A DNA stretch of 64,000 nt from Dehalococcoidia bacterium (lineage in GTDB: Bacteria; Chloroflexota; Dehalococcoidia; DSTF01; RBG-16-68-14). Location of the stretch: positions 1 to 64,000 of the forward strand of contig JBBEBM010000054.1 of the NCBI GenBank assembly GCA_040882355.1, given 5' to 3'. Positions 1 to 9,709 of the stretch are shown one piece after another; positions within the stretch are counted from its first letter, which is position 1; every line of letters begins with the position of its first letter. The notes under the pieces are model-generated. The model was not told the DNA's origin. It did no database searches and saw only the letters and a list, made by a program, of their open reading frames with translations. Position numbers and translations under genes: made by a program.

Positions 1-80
1 AGGGGGCGCAGCGCCCATGCCGGGGGCCTGGGGGTGTCCCCCAGATTCCTACATTACTGGGCGGGTGGGTGGGAGAGATG
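1..80. repeat. GC-rich palindromic intergenic repeat (REP-like)
   Basis: Hairpin CTGGGGG-TGT-CCCCCAG at 28-44, plus GGGCGC-A-GCGCCC near 4-16. Confidence 0.5.
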
Positions 81-112
81 ACGATTGTTCCTGCGCTACA
101 CTAGGGCTCGCC

Positions 113-583
113 ATGACAACGACCTTTCCCCCGCTCGACATCACCGCCTACTGGGCGCCGCTCAACGAGCAGCTCGTCGCGCTCCTCGATCTGGTCCCGG
201 ACGACAAGCTGGACTGGAGCCCGAAGCCGGAGCTCTACAACTTCAAGGGCATCCTGCTCCACGTCGTCGTCGCGCGTCACAACTGGATGGGGCGCGACGT
301 CGGCGACGGCGAAGAGACGCCGGACGTGCTGCGCGAAGGCCAGACGAAGGACGGGCTGAAGGCGCAGCTCAGGCTCTCGTGGGCACGCATGGAGCGCTTC
401 CTCAGCAGCCGCGACAGGCTCGAAGCGACGTACGACGTCCCCCACGGGCCGGCCGGCGTCGCCCGCACCAACGGGCACTGGCTCGCGTTTCACGGCCTGG
501 AGCACGACATCCACCATCGCGCCGACATCTTCCACTACCTCGCCCTCCTCGGCATCGACCACGGCGCGATCGAGGCGCCGTAG
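113..583 (+). CDS. DinB/YfiT family protein
   Basis: LDWSP...LLH and C-terminal HGLEHDIHHRADIFHYL His motif; ATG at 113 preferred to the repeat-derived start at 17. Confidence 0.85.
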   Translation: MTTTFPPLDITAYWAPLNEQLVALLDLVPDDKLDWSPKPELYNFKGILLHVVVARHNWMGRDVGDGEETPDVLREGQTKDGLKAQLRLSWARMERFLSSRDRLEATYDVPHGPAGVARTNGHWLAFHGLEHDIHHRADIFHYLALLGIDHGAIEAP

Positions 584-618
584 GCCGAAGGGCGAGTTGG
601 GCGAGGGCGGGTGTAGGA

Positions 619-862
619 GGCGCAGCCGCGCCTGATGAGGAGAGCACGGAAGTATGGAGATGGGGCCATGTAGGGGCGCATCGCGATGCGCCCTGCCCGT
701 CGCCGGCGAAACGAGCACCGACCGGTCGAGGTCTCGGGTNNNNNNNNNNCCCCGCGGAGAAAGGGGGTCGAGCGGGGGTGCAGGGGGCGCAGTGGCGCCT
801 GCTGAGCAGAGCACGGATGTATGGGCGCCACCCTATGGAAGCTGAGGGTTTTCAACCCTCAG
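619..862. repeat. Cluster of REP-like palindromes and a ~39-bp direct repeat around an assembly gap
   Basis: GTAG + perfect 20-bp palindrome (670-693); CTGAGGGTT-TTC-AACCCTCAG (842-862); GGCGCAG..CGCCTG.TGAG.AGAGCACGGA.GTATGG at 619-657 and 786-824. Confidence 0.65.
740..749. other. Assembly gap (10 N)
   Basis: Run of n. Confidence 1.
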
Positions 863-895
863 ACGCGCAAGGGATAGGCAAAGAAGAACGTCTGG

Positions 896-1873
896 CTACC
901 GCGCCCGCAGGTACGCCGGCGCCCTCGCAGCGCCGCGCTCGCTCAGCGAGCGATACCAGTCGATGGTCCGCGCGAGGCCCTCTTCCAGGCCCACCTCGGG
1001 CGACCAGCCGAGCTCATCGGTGGCGCGGGTGATGTCGGGCTTGCGGCGAGCGATCTCGCCGGGCCGCTCGTCCTCGTGCGCGATCGCCGCGCTCGAGCCG
1101 GAGAGGCGCTGGATGATCTGCGCGAACTCCAGGATCGAGTGCTCGTCCGGGTTGCCGAGGTTGTAGACGCGGCCCGAAACGCCCGTCGAGAGCGCCGCCT
1201 CCAGCCCGCGCACCAGGTCGCTGACGAAGCAGAGGCTGCGCGTCTGGGAGCCGTCGCCGTAGACGGTGATCGGCTCGCCGCGCAAGGCCTGCATGACGAA
1301 GCTCGGCACCATGCGGCCGTCGTCCGGGTCGTTGCGCGGGCCGTAGCAGTTGAAGATGCGCACAATGCGCTGGTCCACGCCGTACTCGCGCCCGTACCAG
1401 GTCGTCAGCGCCTCGGCGTAGCGCTTGCCCTCGTCGTAGCACGAACGCGGGCCGATCGGGTCGACGTTGCCGAAGTAGGACTCGGTCTGCGGGTGCTGTA
1501 GCGGATCGCCGTACACCTCGGAAGTCGAGGCGAGCAAGAAGCGCGCCCCGCTCTGGCGGGCGACTTCGAGCGCGCGACGCGTGCCTTCGGAGTTCGTGAT
1601 CATCGTCTCGATGGGGTAGAGGCCGTACCCGACGGGGCTGGCCGGGCTGGCGAGATGGAACACCGCGTCAACGTCGAACGTCTCCATCTGGCAGACGTCG
1701 CGTTCGACGAACTTGAAGCCGGCGCGTCGCCGCAGGCCGTCGATGTTGCGTAGCTTGCCGGTGATCAGGTTGTCGACCGCCGTCACCCAATGCCCCTGGT
1801 CGAGCAGCGACTCGCAGAGAGTCGAGCCGACGAAGCCCGCGCCGCCCGTCACGAGGATGCGCATGCGCGTCAT
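896..1873 (-). CDS. UDP-glucuronate decarboxylase (UDP-xylose synthase)-like SDR
   Basis: ILVTGGAGFVGS, HLASPASP, ASTSEVYGDP, GPRSCYDEGKR, GDGSQTRS; ATGA overlap with the ugd stop. Confidence 0.88.
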   Translation of the reverse strand: MTRMRILVTGGAGFVGSTLCESLLDQGHWVTAVDNLITGKLRNIDGLRRRAGFKFVERDVCQMETFDVDAVFHLASPASPVGYGLYPIETMITNSEGTRRALEVARQSGARFLLASTSEVYGDPLQHPQTESYFGNVDPIGPRSCYDEGKRYAEALTTWYGREYGVDQRIVRIFNCYGPRNDPDDGRMVPSFVMQALRGEPITVYGDGSQTRSLCFVSDLVRGLEAALSTGVSGRVYNLGNPDEHSILEFAQIIQRLSGSSAAIAHEDERPGEIARRKPDITRATDELGWSPEVGLEEGLARTIDWYRSLSERGAARAPAYLRAR

Positions 1874-3237
1874 ACGAGCACCCGATGGCCGTTCGCGGCC
1901 CGTGACTCGTCGGCGAGGCCGATGCCCAGGTAGACGAAGCCCTGCCTGCGCGCCTCCTCCGGGTCGAGCGCGTTGCGCCCGTCCGCCAGCACCGGCGTGC
2001 GCATCACGTCGCGCAGCCTGCCGAGGTCGAGCTGGCGGTACTCCGGCCACTCCGTCACCAAGATCACGGCGTCGGCGTCGGTCGCGGCGATGTAGGGGTC
2101 GGTCTCGTAGTGGACGTCGGGGAAGAGGGCGCGCGCGCCGTCCACCGCGACCGGGTCGCAGGCGCGCAGGTCGACCTCCTCGTACTGGAGCGAGTGGATC
2201 AGGTCGAGCGAGGGCGCGTCGCGAACGTCGTCCGTGCCCGGCTTGAACGCGAGGCCCAGCAGCACGACGGTGCGGCCGCGCAGCGTGCCGAGCACGTCGC
2301 GCAGGCGGGCGATGAGTTTGCGCTTCTGATCGGCGTTGATCTGCAGCACCGCGTGCAGGAGCTGCGGGTGCGAGCCGTACACCGCGGCGAGATGCGCGAG
2401 CGCCTTCACGTCCTTCGGCAGGCAGCTCCCGCCGAAGCCGAGGCCGGCGCTCAGAAAGTCCGGCCCGATGCGCGGGTCGAGGCCCATGCCACGCGCGACG
2501 TCTCGCACGTCCGCGCCGACACGCTCGCAGACGGCGGCGATCTCGTTGATGAACGAGATCTTCGTCGCCAGGAACGCGTTCGAGGCGTACTTCACCATTT
2601 CGGCGGTCTTGATGTCGGTGAGCACGACCGGGCAGCCAAGCGGCTCATACAGCGACGCGACCTCGTCGCGCGCGTCCGTGTCGTCGGAGCCGAGGACCAC
2701 GCGGTCCGGCTCCAGGAAGTCGCGGACGGCGGTGCCCTCGCGGAGGAACTCGGGGTTGGCGACCAGCGGCAGCGGGCCGGCGCCGTTGCCCTCGAGGGCG
2801 AGCATGTGCTCCAGCGTCTCGCTTATGCCGACCGGCGCCGTGCTCTTGCTCACGATGATCGGGTGCCGCTCGCCGGCAACACGGACGACTTCGCGGGCTG
2901 CGGAGCGCACATGGCGCAGGTCGGGCGTGCCGTCGGGCGTGATCGGCGTTGCCACGGCGATGAAGACGAAGTCGGCGTCGCCAGCGCCCTCCGCGTAGTC
3001 GGTGGTGAAGGTCAGCCGGCCGGACACCGTGTGCCGCTCGACCAGCTCGCCCAGGCCCGGCTCGAAGAAGGGCAGCTCGCCCCGCCGGAGCCCCTCGATG
3101 CGCCCGCGGTCGATCTCGACGCAAGTGACCCTGTGACCCAGCTCAGCGAAACAGGCGGCAGTGACCAGGCCAACGTGCCCGGCGCCCGCCACCGCGATTC
3201 TACGTTCCATTCTCGCCCCCGTTCGATTCAGTGCCAT
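1870..3237 (-). CDS. ugd: UDP-glucose 6-dehydrogenase
   Basis: GAGHVG, KSTAPVG, NPEFLREG, AEMVKYASNAFLATKISFINE, GFGGSCLPKD, GLAFKPGTDDVRD; alternative start 3210. Confidence 0.95.
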   Translation of the reverse strand: MALNRTGARMERRIAVAGAGHVGLVTAACFAELGHRVTCVEIDRGRIEGLRRGELPFFEPGLGELVERHTVSGRLTFTTDYAEGAGDADFVFIAVATPITPDGTPDLRHVRSAAREVVRVAGERHPIIVSKSTAPVGISETLEHMLALEGNGAGPLPLVANPEFLREGTAVRDFLEPDRVVLGSDDTDARDEVASLYEPLGCPVVLTDIKTAEMVKYASNAFLATKISFINEIAAVCERVGADVRDVARGMGLDPRIGPDFLSAGLGFGGSCLPKDVKALAHLAAVYGSHPQLLHAVLQINADQKRKLIARLRDVLGTLRGRTVVLLGLAFKPGTDDVRDAPSLDLIHSLQYEEVDLRACDPVAVDGARALFPDVHYETDPYIAATDADAVILVTEWPEYRQLDLGRLRDVMRTPVLADGRNALDPEEARRQGFVYLGIGLADESRAANGHRVLV

Positions 3238-3248
3238 GCTTCTACCTC

Positions 3249-3280
3249 AAACTACGCAGCACCGGTTGAGAACGTGTTGA
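3249..3280 (-). promoter_or_regulatory. TCAAC-N6-TCAAC box + -10 upstream of ugd
   Basis: Minus strand TCAAC(3280-3276)-N6-TCAAC(3269-3265)-N10-TAGTTT. Confidence 0.65.
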
Positions 3281-3607
3281 CATAGGCGGAGGGTTGTGAG
3301 GGCGTTCCCAGGTACGGCTCCCGGCAACCGCCCACGACCGCGCCGGGCCTGTTGGCCGCTTCGCTGCGCCCAACTGAGGCCAGAGAAATTCCTAGTGCTA
3401 TGGTTAGGCCGTTCATGACATCTACGTAACAGACTAGTCCACACCGCGTTAGAAGCATTGACAGGGGGTCAAGGCATTATGGAAAATGGGTAGATGCTCA
3501 CATGAGCAGGGGGAGCACGGGCGATAATCCGAAGCGGCAAATACGCTCAGCGTTGAGCATGACCCTCCTCCTCAAGGTGGCAAGCGTCCAGTCCAGTACA
3601 TAACTGC

Positions 3608-3635
3608 TTGACAAGAATAGGCATAGCCGTATAGT
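3608..3635 (+). promoter_or_regulatory. Sigma70-type promoter of the regulator operon
   Basis: TTGACA-N16-TATAGT in an AT-richer intergenic region. Confidence 0.6.
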
Positions 3636-3760
3636 GAGCGCGAGTGCCGGGGGAGACCAAGTCGCTCTAACCAGCGTCCCATCGTTACCCGCACGTCTAG
3701 TCGGCCCGCAGGAGGGACACATCGGACACGCCTAGTCCGGCCGACTGAGAAATGAGGAAT

Positions 3761-4438
3761 ATGGCGCTTCAGATCCTGGTGGCATCCGATCACGCGATCA
3801 TCCGCGATGCGGTGGTTGAGTTGCTTCGCGCCCAGCCGTCGCTACACCCTCGAGGGACGCGGCTAGACTCGCAAGAGGAGCACGTCGAGAAGGCGTCGCT
3901 CGTGCTCTGCATTCTCGACAAGCGGCCCGACATTGCCGACGTGGTCGCCGGGCTCAACCAGCGTCACCCGGCAGCTCCGGTGCTCTGCCTGCTGCTCACG
4001 CAAGACGATGAAGCGGTCGTCAGCGCACTCCGGTCCGGCGTTCGCGGCGTCATCGATGACACGTTCGATGGGGACCAGCTCATCGAGAGCATTCAGCAGT
4101 GCGCCGAAGGCCAGTTCGTGATGTCGAAGTCGCTCGCCACGCGCCTGGCGCAGCAGTACGCCTTCGGACCTGAGGCGGCGCCCACCACCGCTCCCGACGC
4201 GGACCTCACTCACCGCGAGAACGAGGTCCTGGGCCTACTGGCGGAGGGCTGCACGAATCGACAGATCGCCACGAAACTCTGCGTATCCGAGCACACCGTT
4301 CGCGCCCATCTAAGGGCGATCATGCAAAAGCTCCAGGTGAGCAACCGCGTGCAGGCGGCCACCATCGCCTGGCAGAGCCGGCTCACCCAGCGAGAAGTTG
4401 CTGGAAGAGGTGTTGGGCATGCCCATTCTCGTCGTTGA
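3761..4438 (+). CDS. NarL/LuxR-family response regulator with atypical receiver
   Basis: LTHRENEVLGLLAEGCTNRQIA..L.VSEHTVRAH HTH; N-terminal receiver-like fold. Confidence 0.88.
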   Translation: MALQILVASDHAIIRDAVVELLRAQPSLHPRGTRLDSQEEHVEKASLVLCILDKRPDIADVVAGLNQRHPAAPVLCLLLTQDDEAVVSALRSGVRGVIDDTFDGDQLIESIQQCAEGQFVMSKSLATRLAQQYAFGPEAAPTTAPDADLTHRENEVLGLLAEGCTNRQIATKLCVSEHTVRAHLRAIMQKLQVSNRVQAATIAWQSRLTQREVAGRGVGHAHSRR

Positions 4439-5099
4439 AGACGAACCCGACCTGAGCGACCTCCTACGCTACATCCTGCGACGCGCGGGACACGATGTCA
4501 TCGTCGCGTTTGATGGAGACGCGGCCCTCCGTATGTGGAGGGAGCAGAACCCGGAGCTGATCCTCCTGGACATCGGCCTGCCGCGGAAGGACGGGTGGGA
4601 GGTCTGCCGCGCGATCCGCAACGAGTCGCCCACCCCAATCGTGATCCTCACCGGGTCGGACGGCGACGAGGATATCGTCCGCGGCCTGGACCTGGGAGCG
4701 GACGACTACCTGGTCAAGCCGTTCAGCCCCAAGCAGCTTCAGGCGCGGGTGCGCGCTGTTCTGAGGCGGGCCGCGACGCGGGAGCCCGTGGACGCGAACT
4801 CCGCAATCAGCGCGGGTGACCTCACGATCGACGGACTCTGGCGTACCGTCGTCTGCGACAGTCACGAGATTCGCCTCACCCGGCTGGAGCATCGCATCTT
4901 GTATGACCTGGCGCTCCACCTGGGGCAAGTCGTGCCGCACGACGTCCTCATCCAGCGAGTCTGGGGTTACCCGGGCGAGGCGAACAGCAGCATCATCAAG
5001 GGCCACATTCGTAACATCCGGTCGAAACTCTCCGACATGGGCAGCGGTACAACCATCCGCGTCATCCCCGGCGTCGGCTATATGATGAGCGCCGGCTGA
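4419..5099 (+). CDS. OmpR/PhoB-family response regulator
   Basis: ILVVEDE, LILLDIGLP, GADDYLVKPF, winged helix ending IPGVGY; GAGGTG RBS. Confidence 0.93.
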   Translation: MPILVVEDEPDLSDLLRYILRRAGHDVIVAFDGDAALRMWREQNPELILLDIGLPRKDGWEVCRAIRNESPTPIVILTGSDGDEDIVRGLDLGADDYLVKPFSPKQLQARVRAVLRRAATREPVDANSAISAGDLTIDGLWRTVVCDSHEIRLTRLEHRILYDLALHLGQVVPHDVLIQRVWGYPGEANSSIIKGHIRNIRSKLSDMGSGTTIRVIPGVGYMMSAG

Positions 5100-5387
5100 C
5101 CACGCGACCGGTTTTGCACCCAAGAGACCCGTTTCTGCACCCGTTCCTGCCAGCGACGTCAACCCAGGTCGAGGGGGCAGCGGAGTACAACCAATTGCGT
5201 ACCACCCGTCGAGCAAGGATCGCCGCCCGGGTGCGTTGAGACACTGATATGGTATCGCTAGCAACCGCAAAGCACGGAGGCGCAATGACCAGGCATGAAG
5301 TCCGGCTGGGTGGCCGACGGTCTTCCCAGGGCAGCGCTCCCATGCGCCGTCCGGGGTTGGTCGAGGTCGCCTACCGTGAATGAGGTA

Positions 5388-6083
5388 ATGAGCATTAAGG
5401 TCCTACTCGCTGACGACGACCTCGACTTCCTCGACGTGACGGCGTATGCCCTGCGCCGCGCGGGCTTCCTCGTAACCGCCGTAGCGGACGGGGAGGAGGC
5501 GCTCGACTGCTGGAAGTCGGAAGACCCCGATATCGTCCTGCTGGACATCGCCATGCCGAAGAAGACCGGCCTGGAGGTCTGCCAGGCGATCCGCGGCGCG
5601 TCTGAAACGCCCGTGGTTCTCATCACCGGCCACAGGCGCGAGCACGAGATAGTTGAGGGCTTTGAGGCGGGCGCCGACGACTACGTAACGAAGCCCTTCA
5701 GCGTCCAGCACCTGGTAATGCGCCTGCGCGCCATCTACCGCCGCGCCTCCGGCCGCGCAGCCGACGTTGCGCCGCGCCGCCTCACGCTCGACCCACTCGT
5801 AATCGACCTGGACTCCTTCGAGGTCACGATCGATGAGGAGCCCGTGCGCCTGACGCGGCTCGAGTTTCAGCTCCTTTACTGCCTCGCCGCTAACGCCGGC
5901 CGCGTCGTGACAACGTCGCGCCTGATCGATTTCGCGTGGGGTCTCGACGGAGAGGGAGACGGCTCATTGCTCAAGACCCACTTCTCGCACATCCGCCGCA
6001 AGCTCCGGGAGGTCTCCGCCCATCCGATCAGCATCCAGGCGATCGCGGGCGTCGGGTACAGTCTCCACATCCACGCGAACTAA
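5388..6083 (+). CDS. OmpR/PhoB-family response regulator
   Basis: VLLADDD, VLLDIAMP, GADDYVTKPF, LTRLEFQLL, AGVGY; GAGGT RBS. Confidence 0.93.
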   Translation: MSIKVLLADDDLDFLDVTAYALRRAGFLVTAVADGEEALDCWKSEDPDIVLLDIAMPKKTGLEVCQAIRGASETPVVLITGHRREHEIVEGFEAGADDYVTKPFSVQHLVMRLRAIYRRASGRAADVAPRRLTLDPLVIDLDSFEVTIDEEPVRLTRLEFQLLYCLAANAGRVVTTSRLIDFAWGLDGEGDGSLLKTHFSHIRRKLREVSAHPISIQAIAGVGYSLHIHAN

Positions 6084-6105
6084 CAGACGCCCTCTTCACC
6101 TTCAG

Positions 6106-6137
6106 TCAACCCTGCATTAACTCCAACGCGAGACAAT
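6106..6137 (+). promoter_or_regulatory. TCAAC box + -10
   Basis: TCAAC-N6-TTAAC-N10-GACAAT. Confidence 0.55.
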
Positions 6138-6269
6138 ATGTCTTGAAGGATTGAGTGGTGCGTCGCTGGGCGCGCCCCTCGAGAAAACGATGGCGCTCGC
6201 GGCATGGACGCCCACCAGAGTCGAGCGGATCCCGTAACGAGCTACAGGCAACACTGGTTGGGAGAGCGA

Positions 6270-6986
6270 ATGAGCACCATCCTTTCCGAGCGAACGCGGA
6301 TCGTCTCCGAGCGACTGCGTCCCACAGAACAGACGACGCTCGCGCAGCGCCTGGCGCTGGTGGGCGAGACACCCCAGACAGGCCTGGCCTCCGCCTGCAA
6401 GCGCATTGTCGACCTGGCCGTCGCAGTCATTGCCATCCCGATCCTGGCCATCCCGGTGTTCGTGATTAGCCTGCTGATCCTGATCGACAACGGCTGGCCG
6501 ATCATCTTCGCTCAGGAGCGTCTAGGCAAGAACGGGCGACCTTTCACAGTCTACAAGTTCCGCTCCATGCGCAAGGACGCCGAGGAACGGCTGCATGAGG
6601 TGCTGGAGCACAATCACATCAAGGATGGGCCCACGTTCAAGCTGAAGGATGACCCGCGGATGACCCGCGTGGGGCGCTTCATCAGGCGCACCAGCCTGGA
6701 CGAGCTGCCGCAGATCTGGAACATCCTGCTCGGCCACATGAGCTTCGTCGGGCCGCGCCCGCCACTGGCCTCCGAGGTGCTGGAGTACGAGGACTGGCAG
6801 CTCCGCCGCCTGGCCGTGACACCGGGCCTGACCGGCCTCTGGCAAGTGAGCGGCCGGAGCGACCTGAGCTTCACGGAGATGGTGACGCTTGACATCGATT
6901 ACGTTGACCGCTGGTCGCCGGCCTACGACATCGCGCTGCTCGCGCGGACGCCTGTGGCCGTATTGAGCGGGCGCGGCGCATACTGA
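6270..6986 (+). CDS. Priming sugar transferase (polyprenyl glycosylphosphotransferase, WcaJ/CpsE C-terminal type)
   Basis: [53 protein letters not shown]. Confidence 0.95.
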   Translation: MSTILSERTRIVSERLRPTEQTTLAQRLALVGETPQTGLASACKRIVDLAVAVIAIPILAIPVFVISLLILIDNGWPIIFAQERLGKNGRPFTVYKFRSMRKDAEERLHEVLEHNHIKDGPTFKLKDDPRMTRVGRFIRRTSLDELPQIWNILLGHMSFVGPRPPLASEVLEYEDWQLRRLAVTPGLTGLWQVSGRSDLSFTEMVTLDIDYVDRWSPAYDIALLARTPVAVLSGRGAY

Positions 6987-7013
6987 ACGGGCGGAATCGA
7001 ACGAAACACGCTC

Positions 7014-7056
7014 TCCACGGCCCCTCAACTGCCCTTCAACGGCCTGCGCCTACCGT
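7014..7056 (+). promoter_or_regulatory. TCAAC box + -10
   Basis: TCCAC-N6-TCAAC-N6-TCAAC-N10-TACCGT. Confidence 0.68.
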
Positions 7057-7097
7057 GAGAGACGCAGGTTGAGCGCACCTCAACCGAGACTATCACC

Positions 7098-7700
7098 ATG
7101 AGCAGCATCGCACATGCCCTGCCCACCCTGACCCGGCTGCGCCGGCGCCTGCGCTCGCATTCGCCGTTCGAGTTCTTCTTCGGCTGGCTGCTCACCCGCC
7201 GCTTCGCGAGCGCAGGGGTCTGCACCGTCTCGCCGGGCTTCCCCAAGCCGCGCGTGATCGACTGGGGCGGCGAGATCCACGCCGAGGGCTGCGCGTTCTC
7301 GCCCGGGATGGTCTTCGAGGTCTTTTCGGGCGGCGTGATCCGGATCGGCAAGGGGACCATGTGCAACCAGAACGTGCGCATCGCCGCCGCGCGCGAGGTG
7401 AGCATTGGGCGGAACTGCCTCATCGGCTTCGATGTCGTCATCGCCGACAACGACCTGCACGAACGCCCCGGCCTCGGCCCGCCACGCCCAGTGCGCATCC
7501 AGGACAACGTCTGGATCGGATTTCGGGCGGCGGTCCTCAAGGGCGTGACCATCGGCGAAGGCGCCGTTGTCGGCGCGGGCGCGATCGTCACGGAGGACGT
7601 GCCGCCTCACACGCTGGTCGCCGGCCAGCCTGCGCAGACCGTGCGCCAGCTCCCGGAAACGATGGCATATCCGACGTATCTGGGCGTTATCGAGAGATGA
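7098..7700 (+). CDS. Hexapeptide-repeat acyltransferase
   Basis: VRIQDNVWIG..A.VLKGVTIGEGAVVGAGAIVTEDVP..AGQPA. Confidence 0.9.
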   Translation: MSSIAHALPTLTRLRRRLRSHSPFEFFFGWLLTRRFASAGVCTVSPGFPKPRVIDWGGEIHAEGCAFSPGMVFEVFSGGVIRIGKGTMCNQNVRIAAAREVSIGRNCLIGFDVVIADNDLHERPGLGPPRPVRIQDNVWIGFRAAVLKGVTIGEGAVVGAGAIVTEDVPPHTLVAGQPAQTVRQLPETMAYPTYLGVIER

Positions 7701-8785
7701 GCACGTTCCGGCCCGGATTCGTCCTGGAACAGACGCTTGGCCACGTCACGCACGGCCAGAACCTGCGGCGCTTCATCGGCCGTGAAGCCGGCGTCGAGCC
7801 GAGTTGGTACGACGTGCCGTTCCAGCCCGAGGGCACGCTTTACAGAGTGCCGCCGCTCTCGACGAACTGGAGCCTGAGGGGCAGCCTCTACGCCCGCCGC
7901 GCGCTCCAAGCCGACGGCTGGCGCGAGCTCGATGCGCTCTTCGTGCACACGCTGACGATCGCGCTCTTCGCGACGCCGTTCTACGACAGGATTCCGACGG
8001 TCCTGTCGTTGGACGCCACGCCAATCAACTTCGACAGCGTCGGCCGCCTCTACGGCCACGAGGCGCACCCCGGCGCGGTCGAGCGCGTCAAGCGAAACGT
8101 CGTGCGGCGGGCGGTCTCGCGCGCCGACGCGTTCGTGAGCTGGTCGGAGTGGGCCAAGCGCTCGCTCGTCGATGACTACGGCGCCGACCCGGACCGTGTG
8201 CTCGTCGCCGCGCCCGGCGCTGACCTCGACCTGTTCCCTGCCGGCATCCGGCGCGAAGGCGACGGCCCGGTGCGCATCCTCTTCGTCGGGGGCGACTTCG
8301 TCCGCAAGGGAGGCGACACCCTGCTCCAGGCGTACCGCGATCGGCTGCAGGGCCGCGCAGAGCTGCACTTCGTCACTGCGCACCAGATGCCAAACGAGGA
8401 GGGCGTCTTCATCCACAACGGCGTCAAGCCTAACTCACTCGAGCTGCTGGAGCTCTTCAATACCGCCGACATCTTCGCGCTGCCGACGCGTGGCGACTGC
8501 CTCGCCGTCGTCCTGGGCGAGGCGATGGCTGCATCGTTGCCGATCATCACGACCGCCGTCGGCGCCCATGCGGAGGCAGTCGAGCAAGATCGGTCCGGCC
8601 TGCTCGTCCCGCCCGACAACCTCGAGGCGCTCGGTGACACGCTGGAGACGCTAGTGAACGACCGGGCGCTGCGCCAGGCGATGGGCGCGCGCGGCCGCGA
8701 AATCGCCGAGGAGCGCTTCGACGCGAAACGCAACGCTCTGGCGGTGCTGGATCTGATGCGCGACGTCGCCGGGAGGAGCCGCTAG
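7697..8785 (+). CDS. Glycosyltransferase family 4
   Basis: RILFVGGDFVRKGG, ADIFALPT, EAMAASLP; ATGA overlap at 7697. Confidence 0.9.
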   Translation: MSTFRPGFVLEQTLGHVTHGQNLRRFIGREAGVEPSWYDVPFQPEGTLYRVPPLSTNWSLRGSLYARRALQADGWRELDALFVHTLTIALFATPFYDRIPTVLSLDATPINFDSVGRLYGHEAHPGAVERVKRNVVRRAVSRADAFVSWSEWAKRSLVDDYGADPDRVLVAAPGADLDLFPAGIRREGDGPVRILFVGGDFVRKGGDTLLQAYRDRLQGRAELHFVTAHQMPNEEGVFIHNGVKPNSLELLELFNTADIFALPTRGDCLAVVLGEAMAASLPIITTAVGAHAEAVEQDRSGLLVPPDNLEALGDTLETLVNDRALRQAMGARGREIAEERFDAKRNALAVLDLMRDVAGRSR

Positions 8786-8788
8786 TCC

Positions 8789-9709
8789 ATGCGCTGGCTG
8801 GTGACGGGCGGAGCGGGCTTTATCGGCAGCCATGTGGTCGATGCGTTGATGGCGCGCGGCGAAGATGCGGTGGTCGCGCTCGACAACCTGCGCCGCGGCC
8901 GCTGGGAGCACCTCAGCGCACACGATGGCGATCCTCGCCTCGCGCGCCTCGACGCTGACATCCGCGACGCGGACGCAGTGCGCGAAGCCTGCGCAGGCGT
9001 CGACATCGTCGTTCACCTCGCGGCCCAGTCGAATGTGCTGGGGGCGAGCAAGGACGTCCACTACTCTAGCGAGACGAACGTCGTCGGCACGGTCAACGTG
9101 CTCGCCGGCGCGCTCGACGCGGGCGTGCGACGGGCCGTCTTCACCTCGTCTCGCGAGGTCTACGGCGACCCGGAGGAGCTGCCCGTGCGCGAGGACCGCC
9201 CTCTCGCGCCGAAGAACTTCTACGGCGCGAGCAAGGCAGCCGGCGAGGCGTACTGCGGCGCGTTCCGCCAGCGCGGGCTGGACGTTCGCACGCTTCGTCT
9301 TGCCAACGTCTACGGCCCACGCGACACCCAGCGCGTCATCCCGCTCTGGCTTGATAGGGCACAGCGCGGCCTCGACCTGGAGGTCTACGGCGGCAAGCAG
9401 GTGCTCGACTTCATCTGGATCGACGTCGTTGTCGAAGCGCTGTTGCGCGCTGCCGACCTCGACTCGCTCAGCGAACCGGTCAACGTCGGCAGCGGGCAGG
9501 GCACGCCGATCATCAAGCTCGCCGAACGGATCCTGAGCGCGAGCGGCGGCGGCTCGTCGATCCGAATCATGCCAGCGCGCGAAGAAGAGGTCGTGCGTTT
9601 CGTCGCCGACACGCAACGCATGCGAGACATCCTGGGCCTGGCGCCGCCCGACGACCCGCTCGCCCACCTGCCGCTTCTCGCCGGCCAGCAGGTCGAGGCG
9701 CACGCGTAA
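8789..9709 (+). CDS. NAD-dependent epimerase/dehydratase (UDP-sugar 4-epimerase-like)
   Basis: LVTGGAGFIGSH, HLAA, YGASK, NVYGP. Confidence 0.9.
   Translation: MRWLVTGGAGFIGSHVVDALMARGEDAVVALDNLRRGRWEHLSAHDGDPRLARLDADIRDADAVREACAGVDIVVHLAAQSNVLGASKDVHYSSETNVVGTVNVLAGALDAGVRRAVFTSSREVYGDPEELPVREDRPLAPKNFYGASKAAGEAYCGAFRQRGLDVRTLRLANVYGPRDTQRVIPLWLDRAQRGLDLEVYGGKQVLDFIWIDVVVEALLRAADLDSLSEPVNVGSGQGTPIIKLAERILSASGGGSSIRIMPAREEEVVRFVADTQRMRDILGLAPPDDPLAHLPLLAGQQVEAHA

Noticed and set aside
3458..3472. TTGAC-N5-GTCAA palindrome as an FNR/CRP site
   Set aside because: Spacing differs from the N4 consensus; single occurrence, factor cannot be assigned
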